Positions 62,601 to 64,000 of a DNA stretch of 64,000 nucleotides are shown here, piece after piece. Below the pieces are notes generated by a model that searched no databases, was not told where the DNA came from, and was given only the letters and a program-made list of their open reading frames with translations. Source of the DNA: Amoebophrya sp. A120 (taxonomy: Eukaryota; Protista; Dinoflagellata); assembly GCA_905178155.1 (NCBI GenBank), contig CAJINV010000020.1:682001-746000 (forward strand), in the 5' to 3' direction. The position numbers and the translations under genes were made by a program. Each line of letters begins with the position of its first letter. Positions within the stretch are counted from its first letter, which is position 1.

Positions 62601-64000
62601 AGTAGAGGTCAACTGTGCTGATCACATAGTGTTTGATTGCGTTTGCAACCACGGGAACCCCGGGCCGCCGGCTCCGGTGTCTAGCGAAGGGAGCTGCACG
62701 GTCGCCGGCCATCAGAATTGCGAAAGCTGCACGACCGAGGGCTACAAAGTAAAAGACGACTGGCCGAGCACAGGCGAGAGGGGTTGTGTGCCGACGTGTG
62801 GCCCACTTCCGCCCACGTGGGACGCGACTTCCGGAACCTTTTACCGACAGGGCGGATACGAAGACGATGACTACTGCCCCATCTTCATCACAGAAGGAGA
62901 TGCACGCGCCGACGCGATTGGTGCCGCATTGCAGCAGGCTGCTGCCGGACAAACAGGACAGTCTGAGGAGGTGCAGAGGCTGTGCCTCTTTGGTGCCCAC
63001 ACCGAAGCGGACGCGGTCCCGAATTTGAGCTGCTACAAAAAATTGAAGAGCTGCATCGCCCCGGGTCGCACGACCCTGCTCCAACTCGCGGCCCATGACC
63101 GTAGTGGGTGGAACGAAGCCATTCTCACAGACGAGAGCTTACTGCCTTCAGCCTCCAAGATTCCACAAACTTCCTATCCCGGCTGGGTTGAGTCGCTCTC
63201 GTGCAAAGTGAGTGGCACGCCGCAGTTTCGTTGCGAGAAAGCCGGGGAACCACTAGAGATCGCCGGATGCGCGGCTCTGGCTCGAGCCGCGTACTGGTTC
63301 CCGTTGCAGCTCACCGCCGACCGCGACACCGCGGTGGAGGACCTGACCAACAGCGAAGCACTGAAGGAGGCCGTGCTAGACGGGTTTAAAACTTACCTCA
63401 GGGAGAAGCTACCGGGGTCGCAGGACTTGAGCGGATATGCGTTTGAAGTGACACTGGAGGTGAAGGACCACGGAGCTGGTGACAGCAGTTCGTCGTCGTC
63501 CAGTTCTTCCTCCTTCCTGCAGTTGCGGTTTTTGCAGCAGCAGAAAGAGAAACGCAAACAATCGGAGCGCGCACAGCTGCGCCTGGAGCGCATCAAGATG
63601 CACATCAGGCGTCGCGCGAGTACTGGTCAACACGCCGGGGGGCGGGCCCAAGAACATAAGGTTTTGGCACGACATGGGAAAGAAGAGCTACGAGGAAAGA
63701 AGAGTGCGCCGAATGCTCAGGAGTCTCAGCAGGTGCAACTCGAGGCCAAGGTCGAGGTCGAGGCGGCCGAGGACGCCGCCGTTGCCAATGTGAGCAGCGC
63801 TCTGTCGGCGGCGGGCACCGACGCGGCAGACAGCGACGACGGCGCAGCGGTGCCGACCAACGTGGCGGCTGCTTTGGAAAGCAGCGTCAGCGAAGCTGTG
63901 ATAGTGATTGCGAACTCGGCGGAAGAAGGTGCCGCTATTTCGGGTGTGCAAAACGTCGGCTCAGACTGCGAGGGTTCGCTCGCGTGGCGGGATTTGGGCT
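59678..64000 (+). CDS. 3'-partial large Cys-rich surface/secreted protein with repeated TSP1-like modules
   Basis: Hydrophobic YLLLFLVWLL; repeated DCEG.L.W / NCAGRW..RT.QF...GG..C modules and a duplicated C.C..G..NCE.C..G..W....GCVP.CG.LPP.W block. The frame continues past introner 61434-61583 to the window end. Confidence 0.75.
61434..61583. mobile_element. TIR introner, family B
   Basis: DR tgcgg/cgcgg; joins DTVA|DLDSNGEF. Confidence 0.9.

Noticed and set aside
219-63951. Many minus-strand ORFs (e.g. 19451-20254, 54700-55812, 45335-46165) and recurring peptides such as ICLGLETCDA or FQTQTFLH
   Set aside because: They are antisense shadows of GC3-rich genes, or translations of introner TIRs, not proteins.
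1-64000. tRNA, rRNA or snRNA genes, and an autonomous transposase
   Set aside because: None recognisable by eye. tRNAscan, Infernal and DDE HMM searches were not run.

Overview
This is eukaryotic nuclear DNA, not prokaryotic. It is gene-dense (about 16 genes, all on the + strand). The intron architecture and gene set point to a syndinian dinoflagellate parasite of the Amoebophrya type; this is inference from pattern, with no database search run. Recognisable genes: a membrane protein with a sialidase-like fragment, coatomer beta (COPB), a LYAR-type zinc-finger protein, a Yar1-like ankyrin protein, a DTW-domain protein, a TMEM144/DMT-like transporter, Elongin C, a PX+WD40 protein, an EF-hand protein, a bacterial-type bifunctional RibD, a single-domain voltage-gated cation channel and a large Cys-rich TSP1-like surface protein. 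The dominant signal is 28 non-canonical, transposon-like introns ('introners') inside coding exons. Each runs TAT...ATA with terminal inverted repeats (TIRs) and is flanked by a 5-bp direct repeat (DR). Removing the element plus 5 nt restores the reading frame (one exception, with a longer duplication), and the copies checked offer no GT-AG register. They fall into several TIR families that share an internal GCATnACAA-like motif, and at least two copies are antisense to their relatives. One carries a nested Tourist-like MITE; another is 782 bp with cargo and a 35-bp exon duplication. A separate Mutator-like MITE carries telomere-like repeats and a perfect 66-bp palindrome. All exon boundaries were read by eye, without RNA evidence.
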